From Candidatus Woesearchaeota archaeon (GTDB lineage Archaea > Nanobdellota > Nanobdellia > Pacearchaeales > GW2011-AR1): a DNA stretch of 43,039 nt. Numbering within the stretch: position 1 is the stretch's first letter; every line of letters begins with the position of its first letter. The stretch is taken from positions 1-43,039 of the forward strand of contig CAYIHY010000003.1 of the NCBI GenBank assembly GCA_964363345.1, written 5' to 3'. Shown here in pieces: positions 24,985-34,247 of this stretch. Made by a program: the position numbers and the translations under genes. The notes below the pieces were generated by a model, which was not told the DNA's origin, did not search any database, and saw only the letters and a list, made by a program, of their open reading frames with translations.

Positions 24985-25799
24985 TCCTTCTTAACAAGCT
25001 GGCACATTTTGCAGATTTTATTTCTTGAAGGCTCTCCGCATTTCTCGCAGTAATGCAATTCTTCTGAAGTTTTTAATTTCTGAATTTTGTCTGAAAGCTT
25101 GTCAAAATTTTGCATAATATTTTCTTTTTCTTTTGTTGTCAAATTATTTGTAAATTCTCTTATCTGAATTCTGTAAGAATCAAAAGCGCACGGACATTTT
25201 TCATAAACAACAGGAAGCTTCATTTTTTTTGAATATGCCCTTATGTCATCTTCAGCAATATAAAATAAAGGCTTTATTCTTGTGATAAATTTTTCATTTT
25301 TTACATTCTGTGTAATTGCTCCGGAATTTGCGCTTAGCTTTGGAGAACCTTTCAAAATATTCATCAAGAATGTCTGCACTTCATCGTCGAGGTTATGCCC
25401 TGTTGCAATTTTGTTAACTTTTAATTTTCTTGCCTCGCGGTTCATAACCCACTTTTTTATAACTCCGCAGATTGCACAATTTTTCAAACCTTTCCCGTGA
25501 GTTGTCTGAATAGAAGTTCTGATGTAGCACATGCTTCCGCCCATTTCATTTTTTATATTATAAGTATGAAGTTTTATTCCAAGCTGTTTGCAAAGTTTTT
25601 CAACTGCATCCAAACATTTTTTGCTGTAATCTCCCATTGACAAATTAATATGAAATCCTTCAATGTTGTATCCAAATTTTTTAAGAAGATAGGCGGTTAC
25701 AGTTGAATCTTTTCCGCCAGAAAGCGCAACTAATATTTTTTCTTTCTTGTTCAGTTTTATTTTTTTAAGAGTTTGCTTGAATTTAGTTTCTAAAGCCAT
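24981..25799 (-). CDS. PP-loop ATPase, TtuA/Ncs6-like tRNA 2-thiolation protein
   Basis: SGGKDS PP-loop, CAICG and CPC cysteine motifs, GHNLDD, and a C-terminal CEKCG...CKMC zinc finger. Confidence 0.8.
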   Translation of the reverse strand: MALETKFKQTLKKIKLNKKEKILVALSGGKDSTVTAYLLKKFGYNIEGFHINLSMGDYSKKCLDAVEKLCKQLGIKLHTYNIKNEMGGSMCYIRTSIQTTHGKGLKNCAICGVIKKWVMNREARKLKVNKIATGHNLDDEVQTFLMNILKGSPKLSANSGAITQNVKNEKFITRIKPLFYIAEDDIRAYSKKMKLPVVYEKCPCAFDSYRIQIREFTNNLTTKEKENIMQNFDKLSDKIQKLKTSEELHYCEKCGEPSRNKICKMCQLVKKD

Positions 25800-25826
25800 A
25801 AGGATAAGAGAATAAGTAGGATTTTA

Positions 25827-25879
25827 AAATCTTCTTTCTCATTAATAATAAAGAATTTCCTACAACAATTATAGAAGAT
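25827..25879 (-). repeat. Decayed duplicate of the copB 3' end plus its downstream flank
   Basis: AAATCTTCTTTCT...ATAATAAAGA and AATAAAGAATTTCCTACAACAATTATAGAAGAT (32/33) match 26455..26567, minus about 55 nt between two AATAAAGA microhomologies. Confidence 0.7.
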
Positions 25880-25931
25880 TATGTATAAAAATACTCACTA
25901 TGCTCTCCCCTTATTATTTATAGATTAATCT

Positions 25932-26132
25932 TTATTGACTTTTATTATTTATCTTAAATAAGGTATGCAACCAACACCCTCCAGTGAAACTTTCAACAAG
26001 GGATATTAATCCTATCACGAAAACGATCCAATTAACCCAAGTCATAGCAAAAACTGGGGTCCAAGGTCCCAGCCACCAGAATGCAAGTGCAAATCTTAAT
26101 GTTCTATCAAGTTTTCCTAAATTTTGTTTCAT
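25932..26132 (-). CDS. DUF2892/YgaP-like small membrane protein
   Basis: 66 aa. The pattern LDRTLRF...G...TGGCWLHTLFKI is typical of DUF2892. Confidence 0.7.
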   Translation of the reverse strand: MKQNLGKLDRTLRFALAFWWLGPWTPVFAMTWVNWIVFVIGLISLVESFTGGCWLHTLFKINNKSQ

Positions 26133-26415
26133 CTTTTCCCCTTTTTGTTTTTTCTCTATTTATTTGTTTTAAGAGCCAGATTATTAACAGAACTAATGCT
26201 ACCGAAACTAAGAGGATAAATGCCCATCCAAAAAACATCATTCCCCATCCATAACTTCCATACATCATTCCCATCATACCCGTGTATCCATCTGAGTTAA
26301 TTGGATAAAATTGTCCGTCATTACTCATCATCCCATATTGAACATTTTGAGCAGAAATGACATTCATTAATAAAATAATAAACAGAATTGAAAAAATACT
26401 TTTTATTTTCACCAC
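26107..26415 (-). CDS. Met/Gly-rich secreted membrane-anchored protein (102 aa)
   Basis: Signal peptide, GYTGMMGMMYGSYGWGMMFFGW, then a TM segment and a basic tail. Similar Met-rich proteins commonly sit next to copper ATPases. GTG start. Confidence 0.6.
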   Translation of the reverse strand: MVKIKSIFSILFIILLMNVISAQNVQYGMMSNDGQFYPINSDGYTGMMGMMYGSYGWGMMFFGWAFILLVSVALVLLIIWLLKQINREKTKRGKDETKFRKT

Positions 26416-26454
26416 CTAGAGATATAATCTTTTTAGTTTATAATTCTTTTTATT

Positions 26455-26567
26455 TCTAAATCTTCTTTCTAATAAATCCATAATAAAGATTGATGAATTG
26501 CAGTTTTAAGTTTTACTACTTGAATCTTTTGAGCAATAAAGAATTTCCGACAACAATTATAGAAGAT
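26455..26567 (-). repeat. Parent copy of the 25827..25879 repeat (copB last codons plus downstream flank)
   Basis: See 25827..25879. Confidence 0.7.
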
Positions 26568-28534
26568 GCTGCCATGATTAATGCGCCCCATTCGGGTTTC
26601 AACATAATTCCAGGATAAAAAATTCCCGCTGCGATTGGTATTGCAACGAGATTATATCCTGCAGCCCACCATAAATTTTGTCTCATTTTATTTTTTGTCT
26701 GTTTGCTTAATCTTACTAATTTGACAACTTCAAGAGGATTATCTTTTGCTAGGATAACTTCTGCAGACTGAATTGCAACTTCTGTTCCTGCACCAATTGC
26801 AATACCGATATCTGCCTGAGTCAATGCGGGCGCGTCATTTATTCCGTCTCCAACCATCGCGACTTTTCCTTTTGATTGAAGTTCTTTTACTTTTTTTACT
26901 TTATCTTCTGGAAGAACTTCTGAAAAATAATCGTCGATACCAAGTTCTTTTGCAACATATCTTGCAGTTTGTTCATTATCTCCAGTGAGCATCGCAGTTT
27001 TTATTCCCATTTGCTTCAATAGAATTATAACTTCTCTTGCTTCTGGTTTTATCACATCAGATAAAGCAATAACTCCAATAACTTTGGTTTTATATGCAAC
27101 ATAAACAATTGTTTTTCCTTTTAATGCTATTTCTTCTGCTTCTTTTTTAAAATCGTTTTTTAATTTAAACTGTTCAATAAGAGCAAGGTTCCCCGCATAA
27201 ATATTATTATTAATAAATTTTCCAACTGCCCCTTTCCCTGGAATTGCTTTGAATTGTTTAACTTCTGGAATTTTTATTTTCATTTCTTTTGCTTTTTGAA
27301 TTATTCCTTTTGCAATTACATGCTCTGAATGTGATTCAATTGAACTAGCATATTCAAGAGTTTTTTTATCTCCGACGATATCTGTAACCTCAAATACCCC
27401 TTTTGTCAATGTTCCAGTTTTATCAAATAAAATATAATCAATTTTTTCTGCAATTTCCATCGCAGACATATCTTTTATTATCATTCCATTTTTTGCTGCG
27501 ATTGTTGTAGAAATTGTCGTTACTACGGGAATTGCTAAACCTAATGCGTGCGGGCAGGCGATTACTACTACGGTTATTGCAATTGTCAGCGCAAAAACTA
27601 AGGTTTGATTTCCTATTGAAATCCAATAAATAAAAGAAAAAATTCCAACGATTATTGCAGAGATAGTCAAATAATTTGCTGCCTTATCTGCAATTCTTTG
27701 TGTTCGAGGTTTTGATTCCTGCGCTTGTTTTACTAATCCGACAATTTGATTTAAAGCTGTATCTTTTCCTGTTTTTATTACCCGAACTTTTATACTCCCA
27801 TCAAAATTTATACTTCCGCCGATAACTTTATCATTTTTTATTTTCAAAATTGGCTTTGATTCTCCAGTTATCATTGATTCATTTACATTCGTTTCTCCTT
27901 CGACAACAATTCCATCAATAGGAATTTTCTCTCCTGGCTTGACTAAAAAAATATCTCCTATTTTTAATTCATCAGTATTTATTGGAATTATATTATTTCC
28001 CCTAACAAGATTTGCCTGTTTGGGAATTAACTTTGCGAGTTCTCCTAATGCTCCTGTTGCACCAGTAACCGCTTTCATTTCCATCCAATGTCCGAATAAT
28101 AAAAATACAACTAATGTTGAAATCTCCCAATAAAAATCAGTGGCTTCAAAAATAAAAGTTGCAGATAAACTATATAAATATCCCGATAGAACTGCGAGAG
28201 CAACTAAGGTCATCATCCCAAAATTCTTTTGTTTTATTTCTCTTACTGCGCCAACAAAAAAAGGAATTCCCCCATAGATTGAGACTATTGAAGCGAGTAT
28301 TGAAAGAATTATTTTTCTTCCAGGGAAATCCAAAGAAAAATTTAACAAACTTTGAAATGTTGGAGAAAGAAAGAGAATTGGAATTGTAATCAATAGTGAA
28401 ATAAAAAATCGGTCTCTAAACATTTTCACCGAATGTCCTGTATGTCTGTCGTAGCCGGAATTTTTTTTAGAATGATTATGTTTGCTTATTTCATGATGGT
28501 GTTCGTGAGTCATCCCCTTTGAATGTTTCATCAT
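26516..28534 (-). CDS. copB: P1B-type ATPase, CopB-like (CPH motif, His-rich N-terminus)
   Basis: 672 aa with N-terminal HEHHHEISKHNH, TGES, CPHALGLA, DKTGTLT, TGDN and GDGINDAP. Confidence 0.9.
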   Translation of the reverse strand: MMKHSKGMTHEHHHEISKHNHSKKNSGYDRHTGHSVKMFRDRFFISLLITIPILFLSPTFQSLLNFSLDFPGRKIILSILASIVSIYGGIPFFVGAVREIKQKNFGMMTLVALAVLSGYLYSLSATFIFEATDFYWEISTLVVFLLFGHWMEMKAVTGATGALGELAKLIPKQANLVRGNNIIPINTDELKIGDIFLVKPGEKIPIDGIVVEGETNVNESMITGESKPILKIKNDKVIGGSINFDGSIKVRVIKTGKDTALNQIVGLVKQAQESKPRTQRIADKAANYLTISAIIVGIFSFIYWISIGNQTLVFALTIAITVVVIACPHALGLAIPVVTTISTTIAAKNGMIIKDMSAMEIAEKIDYILFDKTGTLTKGVFEVTDIVGDKKTLEYASSIESHSEHVIAKGIIQKAKEMKIKIPEVKQFKAIPGKGAVGKFINNNIYAGNLALIEQFKLKNDFKKEAEEIALKGKTIVYVAYKTKVIGVIALSDVIKPEAREVIILLKQMGIKTAMLTGDNEQTARYVAKELGIDDYFSEVLPEDKVKKVKELQSKGKVAMVGDGINDAPALTQADIGIAIGAGTEVAIQSAEVILAKDNPLEVVKLVRLSKQTKNKMRQNLWWAAGYNLVAIPIAAGIFYPGIMLKPEWGALIMAASSIIVVGNSLLLKRFK

Positions 28535-28570
28535 TGAATTATAATGTGAAGACAGATTATAAATTTATTT

Positions 28571-30769
28571 CTAAAATTTTTTTCTTTTCATTGCTAATGT
28601 ATTCAACACAACGCTGACTGAACTCAAAGCCATTGCTCCTCCGGCAATTATTGGACTCAAAAGCCATCCGGTAAATGGATATAAAAGTCCAGCCGCAATT
28701 GGAATTCCCATTGAATTATAAAATAATGCCCAAAACATATTTTGTTTTATTTTCTTGATAGTTATCTTACTTAGGTTTATTGCTCTAACTACATCAAGAG
28801 TTGAATTATTCATTAGGACAATGTTCCCTGTTTCCATAGCCACATCTGTTCCTGAACCAATTGCAATACCAATGTCTGCTTGTGCTAATGCTGGTGCGTC
28901 GTTTATTCCGTCGCCAACCATTGCAACTTTTCCTTTTGCTTGAAGTTTTTTTACATATTTTGATTTATCTTCGGGAAGAACTTCTGCAATAACATGATTA
29001 ACTCCAATTTGTTTTGCAATTGCATTCGCGGTTCGTTTATTATCTCCTGTAATCATATAAACAAAAATATTTTTTTTCTGCAATTCTTTAACTGCTTGAA
29101 TAGAATCTTTTCTTGGAGTGTCTGCGATTGCAATAAATCCCAGAATTTTTTTATTCAGAATAGCAACAACTACGGTTTTTCCATCTTCTTCAAGTTGAGA
29201 AATGTTTTTGTCATATTCTTTTAATGATGAAATTTTTCTTATATATTCAGGTTTTACAACCATTAATTTTTTCCCCTTGAATGTTCCTTCAACTCCTTGT
29301 CCGGGAATTGCGATGAAATTTTTTATTTCTTCTAATTTAATTTTTTCTTCTTTACTTCTTTGAACAATTGCTTGAGCAAGTGGATGTTCTGAATGTTGTT
29401 CAATGCTTGCAGATAATTTTAAGATTTCATTTTCTCCCATTCCATTAACTGAAATAATATCTGTAACTTTTGGTTTGCCCTCAGTCAAAGTTCCTGTTTT
29501 ATCAAATACAACCGCATATAATTTATGTGCAGTTTCAAGAGCATCTCCGCCCTTGATTAAAATTCCTTTTTCTGCTCCCTTGCCTGTTCCGACCATAATT
29601 GCTGTCGGTGTTGCCAGTCCCAAAGCACATGGACAAGCAATAACCAAAACAGAAACTGCGATTATAAGAGAAAATTCAAAACTTTTTCCGACTAAAAAAA
29701 ACCAAATTAAAAATGAAACGATTGAAATTAAGATTACTACTGGAACAAAATAAGCAGAAATTTTGTCAGCAAATCTTTGGATTGGGGCTTTTTTACCTTG
29801 GGCATCTTCGATTAATTTTATTATTTGAGATAAAGTTGTATTCGCTCCTACTTTTGTCGCCTTGAATTTAAAACTTCCATATTTATTTATTGTAGCTCCG
29901 ATGACTGTGTCTCCTTTTCCTTTTTCAACGGGCATGCTCTCTCCTGTTATCATGCTCTCATCTATACTTGTAGCCCCCTCAATAATTACTCCATCTACTG
30001 GGATTCTCTCTCCGGGTTTTACGATAACAATATCTCCAACAATAACTTCATCAACTTTTATTTTTTCTTCTTTGCCGTTTCTTATAACGGTTGCAATTTT
30101 TGGAGAAAGGTTCATTAATTTTTTTATTGCTTCGCTTGTTTTTCCTTTTGCAATTGATTCAAGATATCTTCCAAGCATAACGAATGTGATTAAGACTGCA
30201 GCAGCTTCAAAATATTGGTCTCCCATAGGATTGAAAAAAATAACATAAACGCTGTAGAAATATGCGGCACTTGTTCCTATTGCAATTAAAGTATCCATAT
30301 TGGCGGTTTTATTTTTCAGGGCATTGAATGCACTTTTGTAAATTCCTGCTCCAACTATAAATTGAACTGGAGTTGCAAGGAAGAATAAGATATAATTTCT
30401 GTAAGGTATTTCTATCCCAACCCACATTAAAACCATTCCTATAATAAATGCGGGGACAGCAAATATCAAACTGAATAAAAAAAGATTTTTTAATTTTTTT
30501 AGATTTGCCTTTCTTTTTCTCTCTTCATAATCTTTATTTTCTGGTTTGTTTGTTATTATTTTTGCTTTATATCCGCCCATTCCTTCGATATCTTGAATTA
30601 TCTTTTCTTCTGAAACTTTTGATTCGTCAAAATTAACTGTTGCTTTTTCTGTTGTAAGATTTACATTAACATAAGAAACTCCCGGTTCTTTCTCCAACTT
30701 TTTTGTTATCAGAGTAACGCAACTCTGACAATGCATTCCGGTAATATCAAGGTCTATTTTTTTAACCAT
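28571..30769 (-). CDS. copA: P1B-type Cu(I) ATPase CopA (HMA domain, CPC motif)
   Basis: 732 aa with GMHCQSC HMA domain, [21 protein letters not shown] and GDGINDAP. Confidence 0.93.
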   Translation of the reverse strand: MVKKIDLDITGMHCQSCVTLITKKLEKEPGVSYVNVNLTTEKATVNFDESKVSEEKIIQDIEGMGGYKAKIITNKPENKDYEERKRKANLKKLKNLFLFSLIFAVPAFIIGMVLMWVGIEIPYRNYILFFLATPVQFIVGAGIYKSAFNALKNKTANMDTLIAIGTSAAYFYSVYVIFFNPMGDQYFEAAAVLITFVMLGRYLESIAKGKTSEAIKKLMNLSPKIATVIRNGKEEKIKVDEVIVGDIVIVKPGERIPVDGVIIEGATSIDESMITGESMPVEKGKGDTVIGATINKYGSFKFKATKVGANTTLSQIIKLIEDAQGKKAPIQRFADKISAYFVPVVILISIVSFLIWFFLVGKSFEFSLIIAVSVLVIACPCALGLATPTAIMVGTGKGAEKGILIKGGDALETAHKLYAVVFDKTGTLTEGKPKVTDIISVNGMGENEILKLSASIEQHSEHPLAQAIVQRSKEEKIKLEEIKNFIAIPGQGVEGTFKGKKLMVVKPEYIRKISSLKEYDKNISQLEEDGKTVVVAILNKKILGFIAIADTPRKDSIQAVKELQKKNIFVYMITGDNKRTANAIAKQIGVNHVIAEVLPEDKSKYVKKLQAKGKVAMVGDGINDAPALAQADIGIAIGSGTDVAMETGNIVLMNNSTLDVVRAINLSKITIKKIKQNMFWALFYNSMGIPIAAGLLYPFTGWLLSPIIAGGAMALSSVSVVLNTLAMKRKKF

Positions 30770-30965
30770 TTACTACATACCCTAATTTAGTTATTAAATC
30801 AATTATCTTATTTTGATTTATTTTTTTCTCATCAAAATCAATTTCGGCTGAATTTTTTTGGAGATTTACTTTAATTTTATTAACGTAATCTTTCAATTCC
30901 ATTTCAATAATCATTGCGCAAGAATTGCAATGCATCCCTTCAATTGTAAGTTTTATTTTTTTCAT
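30762..30965 (-). CDS. copZ: Copper chaperone CopZ (HMA domain)
   Basis: 67 aa with GMHCNSC. Overlaps the copA start. Confidence 0.85.
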   Translation of the reverse strand: MKKIKLTIEGMHCNSCAMIIEMELKDYVNKIKVNLQKNSAEIDFDEKKINQNKIIDLITKLGYVVNG

Positions 30966-31186
30966 TATATGTATACTCCTAAAATAGGCAATATTGCTAA
31001 AGTAGCATGGATTAAAAATAATGCTAATGTTAATTTTATAATAATATTATGATTTTTCGTAGTCCAAGTAAAAATTCTTGGACATTTTCCATTTAAACAT
31101 CTGCATCCAAAAAAAGATAAAATAAAAAATAATCCTGTCAAAATTCCTGTCCAAAAAATTAAAGATTTTCCAAAAAAGATAATCAT
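30965..31186 (-). CDS. Small membrane protein with Cys cluster (73 aa)
   Basis: Two or three TM segments and CRCLNGKC. TAATG and ATGA overlaps with its neighbours. Confidence 0.5.
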   Translation of the reverse strand: MIIFFGKSLIFWTGILTGLFFILSFFGCRCLNGKCPRIFTWTTKNHNIIIKLTLALFLIHATLAILPILGVYI

Positions 31187-31533
31187 TTTATTATTAATTT
31201 ACCTCCCATTTCCATGTGTCCATTTCCGCAAAAAGTATTGCAATACCAGTTAAATTCTCCTATCTTATCTGCAGTAAATTCTATAATCTCGTTGTTTCTT
31301 AGTTCCAATTCAGGAATTCTTATTCCATGTATTGCATCTGTATTTTCTATTTTAATTCTTACTTTATCTCCTTTGTTAACTGTAATTATATCTGGAGAAT
31401 AACCAAAACGAAATGCTTCTACAGAAAACTCTTTTACTTCTGTTTTTATTGAATTGCCTGTAAAATTTTTAATGATAAGAAATCCTGCTAAAACAATCAT
31501 CGCCAAAATAAAAACTGCAATTATTTTTTTCAT
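31183..31533 (-). CDS. Membrane-anchored cupredoxin with a complete CuA-type (COX2-like) ligand signature
   Basis: N-terminal TM segment. AIHGI ... CNTFCGNGHMEM equals H...CxxxCGxxHxxM. Confidence 0.7.
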   Translation of the reverse strand: MKKIIAVFILAMIVLAGFLIIKNFTGNSIKTEVKEFSVEAFRFGYSPDIITVNKGDKVRIKIENTDAIHGIRIPELELRNNEIIEFTADKIGEFNWYCNTFCGNGHMEMGGKLIIK

Positions 31534-32225
31534 TCTATATATGCTCCAATAGTTAATTCGCGATATATCCTTGTTAATCTTTCAAGATTTTTTTCACAAT
31601 CGGAGATAGTGTAAAGTTTTGGATTCATTCCACAAGGCAAGGTTAATAAATCTCCTTCTTGAAAATCGATTACATTTGTTGAATCTCTAATTCCCCAAGC
31701 AATTTTTTTCCCATTTCTATATTTGGGATAGTTAGTAATATTATATGTTGAAGCATCAAAGCTGATTATTTCAATATCTGAATCAAACAATTCATCCCAG
31801 TTCATTCCTCCGCAGGTATGAACTCCTGAAATCACATTAAAACTTTTAAAAATGGGTTTCCATAATCTTTTGAAATCAAATCCAACTTGCCCTAAAGCGG
31901 GCTCATCTAAAAATAAAATAATCTTTTTGGCGTCTAAGCCGTCGATTATTGCGGAGATATGATCATAAATTCTTCCAACCGATTCATCTTCATTATATCC
32001 ACTAAGCATTAATGTTGCTGGACCAATAGATTGCACTTTTACTATTTCAAATTTATGTTTTTTAAATTTCTCTAAGCAACTTAACTTACCCGGATTTTTT
32101 ATGTAATCCATCATTGCATCTCCTCTCAATAGAAGTTCTGGCAAAAATGGAATATCATGTTTCAAACTATATCTTATAGCTTCATCCGCATTTGTGTAGG
32201 GCAATGAACCAATTTGAGTTATCAT
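31530..32225 (-). CDS. Hypothetical protein with weak MetE/UROD-like features (231 aa)
   Basis: TQIGSLPY, LDEPAL, VHTCGG and LPCG recall the zinc-binding cobalamin-independent methionine synthase-like fold. Low certainty. Confidence 0.5.
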   Translation of the reverse strand: MITQIGSLPYTNADEAIRYSLKHDIPFLPELLLRGDAMMDYIKNPGKLSCLEKFKKHKFEIVKVQSIGPATLMLSGYNEDESVGRIYDHISAIIDGLDAKKIILFLDEPALGQVGFDFKRLWKPIFKSFNVISGVHTCGGMNWDELFDSDIEIISFDASTYNITNYPKYRNGKKIAWGIRDSTNVIDFQEGDLLTLPCGMNPKLYTISDCEKNLERLTRIYRELTIGAYIE

Positions 32226-32262
32226 TTAATTTTATTTAAACAGATCTTATATTTATTCTTTC

Positions 32263-33708
32263 TCATTTCATTCCGCAACCGCATCCTCCTCCGCTATTCA
32301 TATTGCAACTCCCGCTTGATTTTGGAGTTGAGGCAGCAACTTGCTGTTGTGTTGCTGTTCCGCTTTCAGTTACTATAAAATTTCCCCTCAACATACCCAT
32401 CCCGCAACTAAATTGCAGTGTTCCTACTTTATCCGGAGTAAATTCTATAACATTCAATCCCTGCTGCAATCTTTTATCTATTCCATATTGATTGAAAATT
32501 AATTCGCTGTTGCAACCTGTTAGCTGTTGAACATTTACATTCCATTTTACAGGAACTCCCTGTTTTATCACAAACGAATTTGGATGATAACCAGAAGCGT
32601 CAACATTCATATTTACTTCCTGAACTCCATTATTTTGCGCGACATTTCCGCTTCCCGAATTAATTACATTTCCAGTTCCTCCGATTATTCCTGCTTTTAT
32701 CGAATCAAAACTAAAAGAACTTCCTGACAAAACTAATCCTCTGTTCAGCATTATCAATCCTAATATTAAAACAATTATCGCAGATATTTTCAAAATTTTT
32801 GCTGTTGTTTTGTGACTTATTATGGTTGTTAAACTTCCGAACCCTAACATTACAGGCAGAGTTCCAAGTCCGAATGCCATTAAACTTATCATTCCAGTTA
32901 AAAAATTTCCTGTACCCATCGCATAAAGATACATTGCTTGAAGAGGACCGCATGCGATAAATAATCCATTTAACAAACCCGTAATAAATGGGGCTCTATA
33001 TTGGCCTTTTATTTTGGAAGAAGCATTTGCAGAAATTTTTGTTAAGAATTTTGGATTGATTTGGAATCTTCTGAAAAATTTAAATCCGAACATGCTGAAT
33101 GCGTAGAAAATCATAAATATTCCTGCGAGAATTGCAACGATTCCTCTTAATTGTGTGCTGAATGCGAAAACTCCTCCGATTAATCCGAAGATTCCTCCGA
33201 TTATTGCGTAAGATATAACTTTGCTTCCTCCGTATACTAAATGTTGTTTGAATCCTTTGTGTCCATTTAATGCGTTTTTAGCAGTATATGAAACTACGAA
33301 TCCTCCGCACATTGAGATGCAGTGGAATCCAGTTAAAATTCCTGCAGCAAATAATAAAATTAAACTTGCATCTTGTCCGAGCTCGGGAATTTTAATCTGG
33401 GAAAAATCTAAATTTCTTAAAAATAAAAAATAAATCATCCCCGCTAATAATAGGAGTGATAGTGAAACAACAATCCATGCGGGGTTATTTCCGGTTTCTT
33501 TCTTCTCTATTTCTTTAACATCATAACCTAATTTTTTTATTGACTTTTCAATTTCTTCTGTTGAGATTTTATTTTCATCAAATTCTATTTCTGCTTTTTC
33601 ATTTGCATAATTTACGTGGACAGAATTTACTTTATCCTCTAATTCTTTTTCGATTAATGTTGCGCATGAGTTGCAGTGCATCCCCCTTATCTGAAATGTT
33701 TTTTTCAT
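32263..33708 (-). CDS. HMA domain / polytopic DsbD_2-UreH-like membrane domain / cupredoxin-like domain fusion with Cys-rich tail
   Basis: GMHCNSC at the N-terminus, GFHCISMCGG in the membrane core, C-terminal FSCGMGMLRGNFIV and the tail SGSCNMNSGGGCGCGMK. Confidence 0.7.
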   Translation of the reverse strand: MKKTFQIRGMHCNSCATLIEKELEDKVNSVHVNYANEKAEIEFDENKISTEEIEKSIKKLGYDVKEIEKKETGNNPAWIVVSLSLLLLAGMIYFLFLRNLDFSQIKIPELGQDASLILLFAAGILTGFHCISMCGGFVVSYTAKNALNGHKGFKQHLVYGGSKVISYAIIGGIFGLIGGVFAFSTQLRGIVAILAGIFMIFYAFSMFGFKFFRRFQINPKFLTKISANASSKIKGQYRAPFITGLLNGLFIACGPLQAMYLYAMGTGNFLTGMISLMAFGLGTLPVMLGFGSLTTIISHKTTAKILKISAIIVLILGLIMLNRGLVLSGSSFSFDSIKAGIIGGTGNVINSGSGNVAQNNGVQEVNMNVDASGYHPNSFVIKQGVPVKWNVNVQQLTGCNSELIFNQYGIDKRLQQGLNVIEFTPDKVGTLQFSCGMGMLRGNFIVTESGTATQQQVAASTPKSSGSCNMNSGGGCGCGMK

Positions 33709-33764
33709 GATTATTTTAGAAAAAACTTATTTAACAATCCTTTGATGAAACTAGTTACGTGAAA

Positions 33765-34127
33765 CTATCCTACAATAATTTGCCCTTTCATCGACGGATG
33801 GATAGAACAATGATAATTGTATGTTCCTGCGGTTGTGAATATGTGAGAATAAGAATTTCCCTGATTTAATTTTTCAGAAGTTAATTCATTTCCAGTATCG
33901 GAAACTATTATGTGGGGAGCTATATCTTTATTTGTCCAAGTTACAATATCTCCGACTTTAACAACTAAGTCTGAAGGAACAAATGCAAAATTAGATATGT
34001 CTATATTATTTCCCGTTGCAAGATTATTTGTTTGGCTTGGCTGATATTTGGGAAGAAGAAAATAAATTCCTGCCCCTATAACTAACAAAACAACTATTAC
34101 TATTGGAAGAGTCAAGTTTCTTTTCAT
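33765..34127 (-). CDS. Plastocyanin/amicyanin-like type-1 blue copper protein
   Basis: TM/signal anchor, APH ... YHCSIHPSMKG (CxxHxxxM). GGTGA lies 8 nt upstream of the ATG at 34127 (ORF track GTG start 34136). Confidence 0.8.
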   Translation of the reverse strand: MKRNLTLPIVIVVLLVIGAGIYFLLPKYQPSQTNNLATGNNIDISNFAFVPSDLVVKVGDIVTWTNKDIAPHIIVSDTGNELTSEKLNQGNSYSHIFTTAGTYNYHCSIHPSMKGQIIVG

Positions 34128-34178
34128 TTGCTTCACCTTAGAAAGACTAAGATAAAATAGGTTATAAACTTTTTTAAT

Positions 34179-34213
34179 TTAATTTCTCAATACAACAATA
34201 TTATTCATTCCTC
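34179..34213 (-). repeat. Duplicate of the last 11 codons plus stop of the wHTH regulator gene (33/35 identical to 34248..34282)
   Basis: TTAATTTCTCAATACAACAATATTATTCATTCCTC versus TTAATTTTTCAATACTACAATATTATTCATTCCTC, offset 69 nt. Confidence 0.8.
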
Positions 34214-34247
34214 CAAACAAAGAATATTGTTTTTGGAAGGGGGAATA

